A stretch of 64,000 bases of DNA from Oopsacas minuta (taxonomy: Eukaryota > Animalia > Porifera), in the NCBI GenBank assembly GCA_024704765.1, contig JAKMXF010000111.1:186001-250000 (forward strand), in the 5' to 3' direction. A program made the translations under genes and the position numbers. Position 1 is the stretch's first letter; the number at the start of each line of letters is the position of its first letter. Under the pieces are notes generated by a model. That model saw nothing but the letters and a program-made list of their open reading frames with translations, had not been told where the DNA came from and made no database searches. This document shows, piece after piece, positions 20,710-33,458 of this stretch.

Positions 20710-21810
20710 ATGGCAACCAATCTATCTGATCAAACAGATAGAGACAAATACATACAACAAATTGAAATGTATAAAAAAGAACTAACTGAGAAATTCATTA
20801 AAATCAGAAAAGAAACAACAAACATTGAAAACCAAGCAATCGAACAATTAGATAAAATTCTCTCCGACTTAAAAGACCCCCAAAAACCTGACTACCATTT
20901 ACAAGAACAGGAAATTATGTTATCATGGCATGAACAAGAGTTCAAACAATTTCTGACCTCAATTTGCACTATTGAACCCTGTCCTATACCTGTGACACCA
21001 AACCCCGTGTGGACAAGCGCGAAACGTGGATCTGAAAATGATAACATATTTCGTCCACATGGATTATCAATCGATCCCGAAACGAACGAAATTTACATCG
21101 CTGACTGCTACAATTCGCGTGTACAAGTTTTTACAAACGAAGGCATCCATAGACGAATTATTAAACATCCAGAAATATTGAATGTACACAGAATTCTATG
21201 TACACATCAACATTTATACGTCACAGACCCAATAAACAAACATGTATACAAACTAAACAAACACACAGATGAAGTATTATACTCGGAAGAGCTAGAATTT
21301 ACACCCGGCGGCCTGGACGTTTTCAATAACACCACTTACATATCTGATTTTAAAACTATTAGTTTATATCTATACGATGATGAGTTGTATAAAAATAGCA
21401 CAATTGAGTTAAAATTAATGACAAATGAGAATGAAGAAGAAATTCGGCTATTAGACATTAAAATTCTAGAAGATTCTATTTTTACGCTCCTAGAAAATTC
21501 TTTCTACAATATACACACATTTGATTATGATGGCAATGTATTAGCTTGCCTGATACCAACAGCTATGGTCAGTAAAACTTTTTATTTTTGCATTGACAAT
21601 TGGGAAAATATTCTATTGAGCAGTTGGGATGATAATCAAGTTCTAGTTTTTACGAACAAAGGGAAGCCGATCTCTCGAATTGGGAATGGTGTAAAGGGTG
21701 AGAAGAATTCGCTTGTGCACCCTAGGGGTATTGGTTTGTTGAATACCGGTGCGTTAGTTGTTTGTGATAATAAAGATTCAACTTGTCTACATAGTTATGT
21801 GTATATTTAG
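20710..21810 (+). CDS. Coiled-coil + NHL-repeat beta-propeller protein (no RING or B-box)
   Basis: N-terminal coiled coil, then NHL motifs RPHGLSID, IYIADCYNSRVQVF and HPRGIGLLNTGALVVCD. Confidence 0.85.
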   Translation: MATNLSDQTDRDKYIQQIEMYKKELTEKFIKIRKETTNIENQAIEQLDKILSDLKDPQKPDYHLQEQEIMLSWHEQEFKQFLTSICTIEPCPIPVTPNPVWTSAKRGSENDNIFRPHGLSIDPETNEIYIADCYNSRVQVFTNEGIHRRIIKHPEILNVHRILCTHQHLYVTDPINKHVYKLNKHTDEVLYSEELEFTPGGLDVFNNTTYISDFKTISLYLYDDELYKNSTIELKLMTNENEEEIRLLDIKILEDSIFTLLENSFYNIHTFDYDGNVLACLIPTAMVSKTFYFCIDNWENILLSSWDDNQVLVFTNKGKPISRIGNGVKGEKNSLVHPRGIGLLNTGALVVCDNKDSTCLHSYVYI

Positions 21811-21987
21811 TTGCTATGCTGTTAACATACGTGGCAATGTGTACGTTTTGTTTTGTTTTGAGAATTTTATCTTTGAGGGTTTTTCATTGTATTTCTTCTC
21901 AGTATATTTTCATTTTCACATTGAGAATATTTTGATGTACTAAATTTTTGCAATTTTATTTACCTTATAATACTTCAGTTTTGAATA

Positions 21988-22157
21988 CATTCATCTATCG
22001 TTATATCGAAGCTCAAGGGACAGCGATAATCACTTCGATATTTTACCCGATGTAATCTATGTACTTTGACGGTTTGGGACCATATTTGTACAATTTCAGA
22101 CTTCGATAAAAGCGGGTATTTCCATATATTCGTGTTCGATCTAACGGGAGTTGACTG
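21988..22157. mobile_element. Family A pogo-like MITE
   Basis: TA-flanked; ends GTTATATCGAAGCTCAAGGG...AACGGGAGTTGACTG. Confidence 0.7.
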
Positions 22158-22488
22158 TATATTATAAAAAGCCATCGCAATTAGAAAAATTGATATTTTC
22201 CAGGGCTCTCAATCAGGTATTTAAAAATCATGAGATTCGTGAAAATTTTCATTTCATTGTAAGATTTATGATTTAGAATTAGTTTTCTGTGAAAAGACCA
22301 GGGATTTTGTCATATTTATAGACGCAAATCGTGTGACACACGGCGAGATCGTGAGAGTTGAGAGCCCTGATTTCCCCTCTGCCCAAAACACGATTTTACC
22401 ACCCACACGAAACAGGACTAACCTTAATAAATAGTCTTCTCCATGGTCCATTCTACAATTTACATATTACTCTATTACAAAAACTAGA

Positions 22489-23211
22489 ATGGAATCTCTA
22501 TACATTCTCATTCTCCTTCTAACCATCGCAAACACCTATTCCCAAATGCAACCCAAACCTGAATCACAAATTTCAGATCCACCACCAGTACTAATACAAC
22601 ATTGCCCGGTTTTTAATTCCGATAATATTTCACTTGCTTTTGAGGGCGAATGGTTGATAGAATTTTTCGCCCCTTGGTGCCCAGCTTGTCAGGGCTTCAC
22701 GCCTATATGGGAACAAGTAGCTTCATATTTTGATCAACCACACAAAGTGACAAAGATCGCGAAAGTTGACGTTACCATGGAACCATTAATCTCATCACAT
22801 TTCATGGTAACTGCACTACCAACAATTTTTCATATCAAAAATGGTGAAGTGAGATTGTGTTCTACAATGAAACGATCTTACACAGCTATCATACAATTTA
22901 TTCGCGAAGACGAATGGACAGACACACCACCAGTCCCATACTACTTCAAGCCTTACTCCCCAATCATGTCAATTTTCGCCTATATGATATATTTCGCGAT
23001 GGTAACCCAAGAACATGCTATGCGGTATGCACAAGGTGATCCAATGAATCTCGCATATCTTGTTGGTGGAATGATGACTCTTTGTGTTTGTTTGGGTTGC
23101 GGGATTGGTTTGTTTATATATTTTTGTTGTGGTGTGTCGAAATATCAACAATATGTTCCTAAAAAGATAAGAGATTCGACTGGGCAGCCACAGAAAACGA
23201 AAGTTGACTAA
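22489..23211 (+). CDS. TMX1: Thioredoxin-related transmembrane protein (TMX1-like)
   Basis: Signal peptide, EFFAPWCPAC active site, a hydrophobic C-terminal segment and a terminal KTKVD (KxKxx ER-retrieval motif). Confidence 0.88.
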   Translation: MESLYILILLLTIANTYSQMQPKPESQISDPPPVLIQHCPVFNSDNISLAFEGEWLIEFFAPWCPACQGFTPIWEQVASYFDQPHKVTKIAKVDVTMEPLISSHFMVTALPTIFHIKNGEVRLCSTMKRSYTAIIQFIREDEWTDTPPVPYYFKPYSPIMSIFAYMIYFAMVTQEHAMRYAQGDPMNLAYLVGGMMTLCVCLGCGIGLFIYFCCGVSKYQQYVPKKIRDSTGQPQKTKVD

Positions 23212-24019
23212 ATTTTAGAGAACTTTAGTGTAATACTGTGCTACTTAATGTAATTTAGGATTTTCTATTGGATTTGCTGATTATAGCTTTAATAAGAAGT
23301 ATGTTAATGCTTTTATTTTGTAGTAGATGCAATTACAATATAGCATACCATAATCTTTCCTTGACAACGGACGAACAGCCTGACTGATTTCTCATCAACA
23401 ATCTGAGAACTATTGTTTTCATACAAATAATTATTGCAGAAATCAGTCAACTAGAAGTCGTCCTCCTTCACTTTTGTAACTAAGCATTTTCTAAGTGACG
23501 AATCCTAGCATGAAAGTTTGTATATAAACTTGAACACAACATCCTCCCGATTTAGAATTTCATATTTTGACCGAAATAATTGCTTACAATTTTGGATAAT
23601 ACCAAATTTGCTCTAATAAGGAGTTAATGAATTACTATAGATTTTAATATGAAACGTAATCTCATTACTTTTTAGTTTCATTATAACCAACATCCAAATA
23701 TGGACATTATAACTGAAATTATGTACTTTTGTGCACAAAGTTAGTGCGACGATTGTGTGTATAAATATATGGTACACAAACGTACACTAGCAGAGATGCC
23801 AACTTTCACGGATTTACCGTGAGTCTCACGCCTCTCAAGGCTAGGCCAAAACCTCACGCTTTTTTAGCTATCTCATGGATTTTTGGCTCCATATAAATGT
23901 ACTTCTGAAAGTTTTCCAAATCAATACTGTCTCACGATTTCTGTACGACATAGTATATTTCGGATTTATTTGGGTTTACAATGGCCTTGGTATGACAATA
24001 TGGCTTATTAATTGTTTAA

Positions 24020-24138
24020 CAATGGATCGTGGATTTAGTTAATCGGGCTTGGATGTTGTTCTATGTCATTTTGGACACTCCTCGCTTGATTGGTGGTGGG
24101 ATTTGTATATATCATAAAACTCAATTCACCATCCATGG
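24020..24138. mobile_element. TTAA-flanked MITE (family E, piggyBac-like ends)
   Basis: TTAA-C(A)ATGGAT...CCATCCATGG-TTAA. It is a reverse-complement homolog of 38913-39030. Confidence 0.65.
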
Positions 24139-24145
24139 TTAATTA

Positions 24146-24265
24146 CAGTCAACTACCGTTATATCGAGCTCAAGGGACCGCGATAACTCTACTTCAATAT
24201 GAGCAGAGTTTATACCGAAGATATTATCGCTGTCCCTTGAGCTTCGATATAACGGTAGTTGACTG
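24146..24265. mobile_element. Family A pogo-like MITE, near-palindromic
   Basis: TA-CAGTCAACTACCGTTATATCGA...TCGATATAACGGTAGTTGACTG-TA, with about 45-bp inverted arms. Confidence 0.8.
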
Positions 24266-25374
24266 TAATTAAAATTTGATGCGAAACATCTCAATTATAA
24301 GAAACCCGTATGACATTCAAATGATCCAATAGTTATGAATGGATGACTGCATAATGTATTACAAACTGATTCATATGGTTGCTCTAATAGACGAATATTC
24401 TGAGAATCTTTTCTATGCGTGAATATCTCTAATATTCGGCTTAACATTATAAGAATTCTACGGTAGATTTTTGTTTTTATGAAAACGGTTAATTTCAATG
24501 CTTTTTCAATGACCCTCATTTTGTGTTTTTTGTGAAATACTGTAGTACGAATCTTTCCGCCCCGGGTATGAATATTCGCGAAAATTTCTTCTTACTCGTG
24601 TTGGTACACTTTCGTTCGAAGGCCCCCACTTTTAAGCGAGTACTTGATTGAAAACTATTGTCTAAATGTTTGAATTATACTACAGCAGAACTCGGATGAG
24701 ACATAAAAATAGTAAGTTCTAACCGAAGTACGGCTTCTTATCCGAATATTCTTCCTTTACAATTTGTACACGAATTGATAATCAGTTTGGAGAAAATACG
24801 TCTTAAACCGAGTTCTACTGTTTACTGTATATACACTCAAACATGGATGAAGCGAATCACGAGTATAACGAAGTGTCCACTCAATCCCCATTACATTAGA
24901 TTACTAATACAATTCCAGGTTAAAACAAAGTCATTATTGCGAATAAAATGTGAATAATTCCATGTTCCACTATATTACGCCAGGCAACGAATAATTATTG
25001 AAATTTCTCATACAAAATAAAGTTACTAAGAAAGGGCTTCAGCTCCTCACCCCTGGTTCCGTCTCTGTAGACAAGGGAGATCTGTAAGTATGCCATAGTA
25101 AACACCCAAAAACAGTCAACTCCGCATAGTTGGGACCAATCTCCAGGAAACGGAATCATCTCAATTCAAGTCAATACTAAATATTTTCGGTTAATCGGGA
25201 CAAAAGAGCTGGAACCAATGTGTCCCGATTAAGTGGTGTTGACTGTACTACCGAAGTGTATCCACCGAGTTACACAAACCACGAAAATCCATTGTGTCAC
25301 AAATATCCTAATAATATAGTCATATAGACTAAATTACAGAAATTTACATATAATTAGCTGTGTTACAATTACAA

Positions 25375-26898
25375 ATGGCTAGCAATAGTGACAACTACGC
25401 AATAACCGATACAAACAACTCAGGAGGAGGATCTATAGGCAAGAAGAACACAATGTCACGATTCACAAATCTTTTCCCTTCTGGTAAGAAGAAAGCCGAG
25501 TACAAACCTGATATTTCTTACCCTTCCGATTTCAAACATGATATACATGTCGGTTTCGACCCAACAACAGGGGAGTTCAGTGGAATGCCTGCCGAATGGA
25601 AAGTGATGCTACAAAACGCGGGGATTGATAAACAGGAGCAAGGCAAAAATCCAGAGACAGTCATCTCTGTTTTGAAGTTCTATAATTCCCAGAATATCAA
25701 TACTAAAACTTACACTGAAAAGTATATGAGCACACAGACACCAGAACACCATTATCAAGCTCCACCAATTATTGACAGTACCCTCAAGGCAACTGCAATT
25801 CCAGAAGTCCCCCCACGCCCAAGTTCAACCAAACAGAAGCCCGCACCGGTAATTGCGATGAAGCCAACCCCCCCTCCTAAGCTCCCCGAAGTCCCCGAAA
25901 AAAAATCACAAGCAAAAACCGCAGCTACGAGCGATCACCACCCTCCAGCCGCTAACGACAGTAACCCAGATGTTTTAAGATCAAAATCTTCTTCGAAAGG
26001 GAAAATGTCCGATCAGGAAGTCCTCGTCAAACTCCGAGGTATCGTCTCGGTAGGTGACCCAACCAAAAAATACATCCCGAACCAAGAAATAGGCAAAGGA
26101 GCGTCAGGCACAGTTATAACAGCTATGGAACTTTCAAGTGGAAACGAAGTAGCGATCAAACAAATGAATTTAGCCTCACAACCGAAGAAGGAGCTTATCA
26201 TTAACGAAATAATAGTTATGAAGGAAAATAAACAGACAAATATTGTGAATTATCTTGATAGTTATTTGGTAACAGAAGAGCTATGGGTCGTTATGGAATA
26301 TTTACAAGGAGGGTCTTTGACGGATGTCGTAACTGAGACGATCCTAGAGGAACCGCAGATAGCTGCTATATGCCGTGAGTGTCTACAAGCTCTACACTTC
26401 CTACATTCGCGAAATGTAATACATCGTGATATAAAGAGTGATAATGTATTATTAGGCATGGATGGTCAGGTAAAAATCACTGATTTCGGATTCTGCGCTC
26501 AAATAACCCCCGAACAGACAAAACGACGTACAATGGTTGGGACACCCTACTGGATGGCTCCAGAAGTTGTAACACGCAAACAGTACGGGACTAAAGTCGA
26601 TATTTGGAGTCTCGGAATAATGACCATTGAGATGATCGAAGGCGAACCGCCATACTTGAACGAGAATCCTTTACGGGCTTTATACCTTATCGCTACATAC
26701 GGGACTCCCAAGATTAACAACCCAGAGAAACTATCACCAGATCTCCGGGATTTCCTCGCAAAATCTCTCGAGATGGATTCAAATATACGCCCGTCTGCGG
26801 AAGAATTATTACGTCACCCTTTTGTCAGAAAAGCTGGGCCATTAAGTTCCTTAACAAGAAACATAGTAGCAGCTAAAAAATCTCTAAAAAAGTCATAA
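25375..26898 (+). CDS. PAK1: p21-activated kinase, group I
   Basis: Intronless, ATG at 25375. CRIB motif [16 protein letters not shown]; kinase motifs [23 protein letters not shown] and [12 protein letters not shown]. Confidence 0.93.
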   Translation: MASNSDNYAITDTNNSGGGSIGKKNTMSRFTNLFPSGKKKAEYKPDISYPSDFKHDIHVGFDPTTGEFSGMPAEWKVMLQNAGIDKQEQGKNPETVISVLKFYNSQNINTKTYTEKYMSTQTPEHHYQAPPIIDSTLKATAIPEVPPRPSSTKQKPAPVIAMKPTPPPKLPEVPEKKSQAKTAATSDHHPPAANDSNPDVLRSKSSSKGKMSDQEVLVKLRGIVSVGDPTKKYIPNQEIGKGASGTVITAMELSSGNEVAIKQMNLASQPKKELIINEIIVMKENKQTNIVNYLDSYLVTEELWVVMEYLQGGSLTDVVTETILEEPQIAAICRECLQALHFLHSRNVIHRDIKSDNVLLGMDGQVKITDFGFCAQITPEQTKRRTMVGTPYWMAPEVVTRKQYGTKVDIWSLGIMTIEMIEGEPPYLNENPLRALYLIATYGTPKINNPEKLSPDLRDFLAKSLEMDSNIRPSAEELLRHPFVRKAGPLSSLTRNIVAAKKSLKKS

Positions 26899-26952
26899 TT
26901 CCTAACAATGGAATAGCATAAATATAGGTTTATATGTTTGTATTATTATTAT

Positions 26953-26993
<41 letters not shown>
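26953..26993. repeat. (TTG)n microsatellite in the probable PAK 3' UTR
   Basis: About 13 perfect TTG units following a short (TAT)n run. Confidence 0.95.
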
Positions 26994-28273
26994 ATTGACA
27001 CTTTCACACATAAACATACACACTACATGTCTCCAGGTGTCTTGTTTATTAGTACTTTGAAAAGATGATAAGTAAAATTAATTTTGTATTTTTTTTAACT
27101 TGAATTTATTAATAGTGCTATATTACTGATATTTATAGTTAATGTTTGATTATACATCTTTGTATGTGTTTATTGATATTTGTGTTATTCATTCTTGTGT
27201 TTATTTAATGTAGAATTTATTCACATTTAATGTAGTTTTGTTTTAAGGGAAATTGAGATTTCTAGAATATTGTATAACATCCATAAACTGGACGTCAGCG
27301 AGGCCGAAAATGCTACCCGGTTTGTGGAGGTTCATTAATATGCGACTAAGCTAGGAATTCGTAGATTGTTTTTTTTCAGAAGTTTCCCGTTTCCACAGGC
27401 CAGTTTGTGGGGGTTATGATGTAATTGCAATTGCGTAAATTTCTTCTAAAATATATTTTGCTTACGTAAGATTGAATATTCATGGTTCTTTTGTGATTAT
27501 TCTTAATTTTGCATAGGTCTCAAGCTAAACCATCCAGTGGAAGGGGATAGTTTTGCATCTGATCTTTTACTGCTTTGGAGCGATGTTAAACGGCTACTAG
27601 GCTAATCAAATCCAAATTGAAATCTCTTCATATGATAATCATATTTTCACATATCTAAAATTTCTAAACCATGACTGTTTATAATAATAATCTGGGTCTT
27701 AGGGAGTATAGATCTTTTTTTACGGCAGTGGTGCAACGGTCTGGCAAATCTTGGACCGGTGCAGACCGATATCATAATCTTGGTTTCGTGTTCAGCCACC
27801 TTGAGGTTTATGCAGGTTTGGGCGGGATATTAGCTACAACAGTCAACACATGTCCGAAAATCAGGGACAGTTGGCAATCATGCGACTATACATTTGTCAG
27901 TATTAAATTCGGCCCAGACCGTACCCACCTGAAACCGATCGGTCCGGTCTGGTCTAGACCGCTGGATCTCTGAAATTTAATGTCTATATTAATGTTTATA
28001 TTTTCATTATTTGTAAACATTATATTTTTGAGTATTTGCATTAGATTTCTTTGCTTTATCAACAAAACAACTTTCTCATTTACCCTCAAGTCATATCCTA
28101 TGCTCATTGCTCAAGTAAGTTTGTCCTTATTTTTGTTTTCCTTACTCTAATGACGAACGACGAGAAAACAGATTTTTTCCAATATGAAACTTACCAGCTA
28201 TTTATTCTACCATTCTTAATTCGTCAATTTCAGTTTATTTCAATTTCCAAATCTTCCTTTAGCTCTCCATCAA

Positions 28274-31200
28274 ATGGCTGCATACCCAAGTTATTACCCA
28301 AGCTATTACCCAAACAATTACTCATCAATTCCTCCTTATGGAGTACAACAACCTATGAATCAATACTCCTACCCAATGTACCCAAATAACCCAGGTTACT
28401 ACTCACAACATCCTCAACAACCAATGGCTTATACGCCTTATCAACAGCCAAATGTAATACTATTCTATGATGATGATAAACCTTATTATGAGTTGACAAA
28501 TTTCGCGAGGATTGGATTCAGTTTAGATGGAGATTATTGGCCAACTTCAGAGCATTATTTTCAAGCGCAGAAGTTTGAAGGCTATCCTTACATGAAGGCG
28601 GAAGTGCGGAAGTTGGCAAGTCCCAGAGATGCTTTTGATTATGTACGGAAACCGGAGAATAAATCTGTAAGTTTTTATCTAAGTTGTATAATACGTCTTT
28701 CAAATGAAGACGTATTACGTATAATACGTATTTGATAGTACGAATTATACGTTCAATCAACTATTTTTGGTGACGTAATTTCTATTAGGATAATTTCTGC
28801 AATTAGGAATATCTACATTACAAAGTTAGACCATGGATTTTAAGGAAATTTTACTTCACTTCATATTCAATTGAAAACTAATTCTTGACGAGCAACAAAC
28901 TAACTGACTAACTAACAAACAAATAGGCAAATACACAAGTAAACAAACGACCAAATATACTCATTCCAATCCAATATTATTCTTGTATGTATTTTAGTTA
29001 ATACGTAAAGATTGGCCATCAGTGAAAGAAGAAATAATGTACAAAGCATTGAAAGCTAAATTCACACAGAACACAGATATACTAACTAAACTATTGAATA
29101 CGAATGATTGTATGTTAGTTGAAGATTCTCCTCATGATATGTATTGGGGAAATGGAGCTGATAAGAAAGGTTTGGATTTGCTTATATTTACAAATTTCCA
29201 TATAAGGAATTTCAGTTATTCGGAGCTGAGCTCATTGTTAGAATTATATCACATGCTCCATAGAAAATTTTGGGTCTTTCGTTCTCATTGCACTGTTCCC
29301 TAGTTACCTTACCTGTACAATGGAATTTACTCGGTCCAATCATTACAGCAGGATTAGTATATAATGTCATTGGCTAATCCTGTTGTATTTATAAGAAAAA
29401 TATTCGTTTTCGCAATAATGACAAAAATTGTAATATTCATGCGGTAGCCAGATCAGATGCAGGCGGTTGAGCTGAAGCATGTTTCCAACTAACAGTGGCC
29501 TAAACAGAATCCTATTATACCTGAGAAGGTTGTTGAACTTCCTAACAACTTGAATATTCACGGGGGGAATTCAAGTTGATAGGAAGTTCATTTCATTGAC
29601 TGTGACTAATTGTACTTGTTTTTCAGGTAAAAATCGTCTCGGAGAGCTGTTAATGAAACTCCGTACAGAGTTACGTCACAATCCACTTCTATCTCCATCT
29701 GCTCCATTATACCACCTTACTACAGATAATATACAAAACCCCTCTCCGCGGCATGAACCATTGAAACGAAGCAAATCATTAAACCATTTAAATACCCATT
29801 TATCTTCTAATATAATGGATGATGATGAGGTGATTTATGACGTCAGTGATTCCAATCATTTCCTGTCTAATTCATTTAAAGCTTCTTTCAAATTGCAAGG
29901 AAAGAAATGGCCAACTGTATTGCATTATTTTGTAGCTAGGAAGTTTAATATGAAGAAAAAGCATGTAGGGAAGATATTAGATATGACAGATGCTAAAGAT
30001 ATACATTTTCATTCGAGGAATTCTAAATATAAAACTGTGAGTTTTGTGAAAGTATTTTGTACAATTTTTCATCAATTCTATGGCATTCAGACCCGCTTAA
30101 TAGGGTCACTTAACCTCAATGCAAATACAGTTAACTCCCGTTATAACGAAGCTCAAGAGACCGCGAATATTACTTCGATATAACCGATAACATATATGTT
30201 ACTTTGACTTTTTTGGGACCATATTTGTACAATTAAGACCTCGATATAAGTTGGAGTTGACTGTATTTTCAAATCTAATTATTTTATCATCTACTGTAGG
30301 ATATTGATATATACTGGAATATAGACAAGAAAGGAATAATGAAGGAGGCTTTGAAAGCTAAATTTGAACAGAATATAATTCTTAAACAGAAACTACTTGA
30401 TACAGAGGGTAAAGATATAATAGAGAGAGCTGTAGATGATTCTTATTGGAGTCAATTAGCAAGTGGAACAGGTTAATATTGTATGAAGCACTAAGATAAG
30501 CTCGGGGCAGCATCCGAAGATCCTGATAATTCCGTAGACCTCTGGACCGCCCGTGCTCGGATATTTTCTTGCTCCCAGGTGGATTGCGACACCTATCCAT
30601 CTCATTATAAATATGTGATTCTATTTTCTTAATATACTACTATCTATTGTAGGTCACAATATAATGGGACAACTTCTATGTCAAGTACGTACAGAATTAA
30701 ACACCCACCCTTCTGCCTCTCCTAAACTTTATTCACAATCCCCATCACGTCGTGGCACTGATATTATTCCTGGATTAAATACTCCTAAGACACTGAGCCC
30801 CTACTCCTCATCTAACAAAATCAACCCAGCCAATAGTCTTCCTATTGGTGGGAATATATTATCACACTCTCACTCCCCGTGTATTTCAAGTAACTCTCTA
30901 CGCAATGAACATAATCAACATACGATGGATAGATTATCAAACGATATATCTAATACTCTTCAAATCCCTCATACTATTAATTTCACAGATACAAATAATT
31001 TGAAACAATTTTACCAGTTTTCAACTTTCTCAAATATTGGTTTTAATCTTGATGGACATTATTGGCGATCAGTTCAGCATTATTTTCAAGCACAGAAATT
31101 CATGTATCATCGAACATTAATGGATAAGATTAGATTGGAAGTGACTTCAACACGTGCATTTGAAATTGGAACCGACAAAGCTAATAAATCTGTAAGTTCT

Positions 31201-33458
31201 ATTGTTATCCTTTGGTTAGGAATTCGGTTGATTCGTTATTGTAATTCTCAAACGGGGATTAGTATGTAATTTGCGAAATATTAATCAATTTTACTACAGT
31301 AAACCCCGGTTATATCGAAGATCAAAGAACCGCGATAATTACCTCGATATAAACGATGAGATATAAGTCGCTTTGAAGGTTTGGGACTATATTTGTACAA
31401 TTTCATACTTCGATATATTCGTTTTCGATATAAAGGGATTCGACTGTGTGTAATATTTGCATTTACTTTGAAATAAGAATTATTATATGTGAAAACATGT
31501 TCGTACACTCATAGATGGAATAATTTATAAACAATGCTGGATGAACTTGAAAATCGAAAAGCAAGAATTAACGAACTTAAATATCAGTATTGTATACTTT
31601 ATCTACTGTAGTATATTGTGAAGAATTGGGAATCTATTAAAGAAGAAGTAATGTTCAAGGCTTTAATAGCGAAATTCAAAGCTTCGGCTCTGAAAAAATT
31701 ATTACTTGATACAGGTGATAAGGTAATTATTAATGAGTCTACAGTTGATTTTTGGGGATCTGGTAAAGATGGAAAAGGTTAGTTGCACACTTAGTTTTTA
31801 TTTTGTTATTTACATTATTTCCTTGGGAATGAGAATCGTTTTCTTTCTATGAGAATTAGAGCCGTAGAGGTTGCTGACAGTAGCACCTGGGTTGCCAACA
31901 ATCCCTTAGCGCGCATATGTTTGTAATTCCCACCGAAATCCTGTATGAATGTGACGGGAATCGGAATTGAATTCTGATCACACAGAAAGCCTTGTTATTT
32001 ATGTATTTATTGCATGTTTGTTTGTATATTCTATTTCTAGGGAAGAATAAGCTTGGACATTTGTTAATGAAAGTCCGTACAGAACTTCAATCCAACCCTG
32101 CCTACGAACGGAATCACTCAAACAGTTCTTATTCACCACAAAATGACAAATTATTTGGTTTATCATCTAACCGTGACGTCATAGAGTTCTATGATGAACA
32201 CAAACCTTATTTTGGGTTTACTCCATATTCTATGGATAATGTTCGACTCGATGGTGTTCTGTGGCGAACTCTAAATCACTACTTCCAAGCTCAAAAATTC
32301 CCTCATGATGTTCATAGGGAAAAAATTAATGACTATATTACACCGCAGAAAGCTACATACGCAGCTAAAGTAGAGCTTAAGAAGGTTTGGCTATATACAT
32401 TAGAATAGAGCTAAGCGATCACAATACAACACGAACACGAACCGTATGTTTCGTATTCCATTTCGGTATTTCATGTTTCATGTTCGTGTTTCCCCTTGCA
32501 CACTTGGCAACACGTACGCGGGTCAGGGAAACGGAGCAAGTATTCAATACAGTATTCCTTAGGGAATCATGCTTCCCCAAACATCACACTGGTTATTACC
32601 ATTCCAGTTGTATCTTTGAGAAAATTTCACACCATTTTCTTTCAAGCTACAAAATTTGTTCAAAGATTTTCTATTTATAGTGTTTGAAATAATTTATATA
32701 ACTTTTTCTCTAGCATGCTATATCTCTGACTTCTTCAGAAAAAGAAATAATCATGGTGAGAGGCTTAGGAGCAAAGTTTACACAACATCCAGATCTTAGA
32801 AAAGCACTAATCAATACTGGCACAAGAGAACTCTTATTTATACATCCAATGGATTTTATTTGGGGTACAGGAGGATCTAGTGGTTTGTGATTTTAATTTC
32901 CTTAAGGTTATGGTACAATATAGTATAAGCAGACGTCATTATCTTAATTTTTGTTTTGATGTAATATTAGAAAATCAATACCAAAATGATGGTGAATTAC
33001 CTCAAAACATAATTTCGAGTATTTATAATCTGCAGTCGCGGTCCCAGGCCGAGAGTTTGACAATTGGGGCATTTGGCCTGATTTGAAAATCCTGGCCCTG
33101 GGTTTGCCAGATCCTGGGACTGCCCCTGAATCTAAGTGTATATTCCTGATTTCTACCTTGTATCAAAAAACTGTCTATAATATTATTCGTTACTCTACTT
33201 TACGAATATATATTCAATTGTTTAGGCGAGAACAAACTTGGAGTGCTATTAATGAAGCTACGTAGCAAACTTGCAAATACCACACCTACATCACCCATAC
33301 GCAATTCAACATATTCTCCACGATTATATTCCCAACCATTCTCATCAGATGACGAACAAAAAACTTACCACGACAGGGAAGTTAATATTTATAATTCGAA
33401 ATCTGAGAGAGATAAAATACGAATGCCACCATCTCCAGGTAAAAAAACATTTAAATAG
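28274..33458 (+). CDS. Multi-NADAR (YbiA/DUF1768) protein A: Y/P/Q-rich N-terminus + 4 tandem NADAR domains, 9 coding exons
   Basis: Exons 28274-28666, 28998-29169, 29627-30036, 30300-30471, 30653-31191, 31612-31777, 32041-32384, 32714-32882, 33226-33458. All introns GT-AG, all phases consistent. Repeat 1 reads WPTSEHYFQAQKF...DWPSVKEEIMYKALKAKF...EDSPHDMYWGNG...GKNRLGELLMKLR. Confidence 0.85.
30128..30263. mobile_element. Family A MITE in an intron of NADAR gene A
   Basis: TA-CAGTTAACTCCCGTTATAACGAAGCTC...GGAGTTGACTG-TA. Confidence 0.7.
31297..31446. mobile_element. Family A MITE in an intron of NADAR gene A
   Basis: TA-CAGTAAACCCCGGTTATATCGAAG...GGATTCGACTG. Confidence 0.65.

Noticed and set aside
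24146-24265. Palindromic repeats as a CRISPR array or structured ncRNA
   Set aside because: No regular repeat-spacer periodicity. TA duplications and dispersed copies identify them as MITEs.
27726-27962. AGACCG/CGGTCT-rich segment with partial inverted ends
   Set aside because: Probably a degraded hAT MITE with a family D fragment inside, but termini and TSD could not be fixed.
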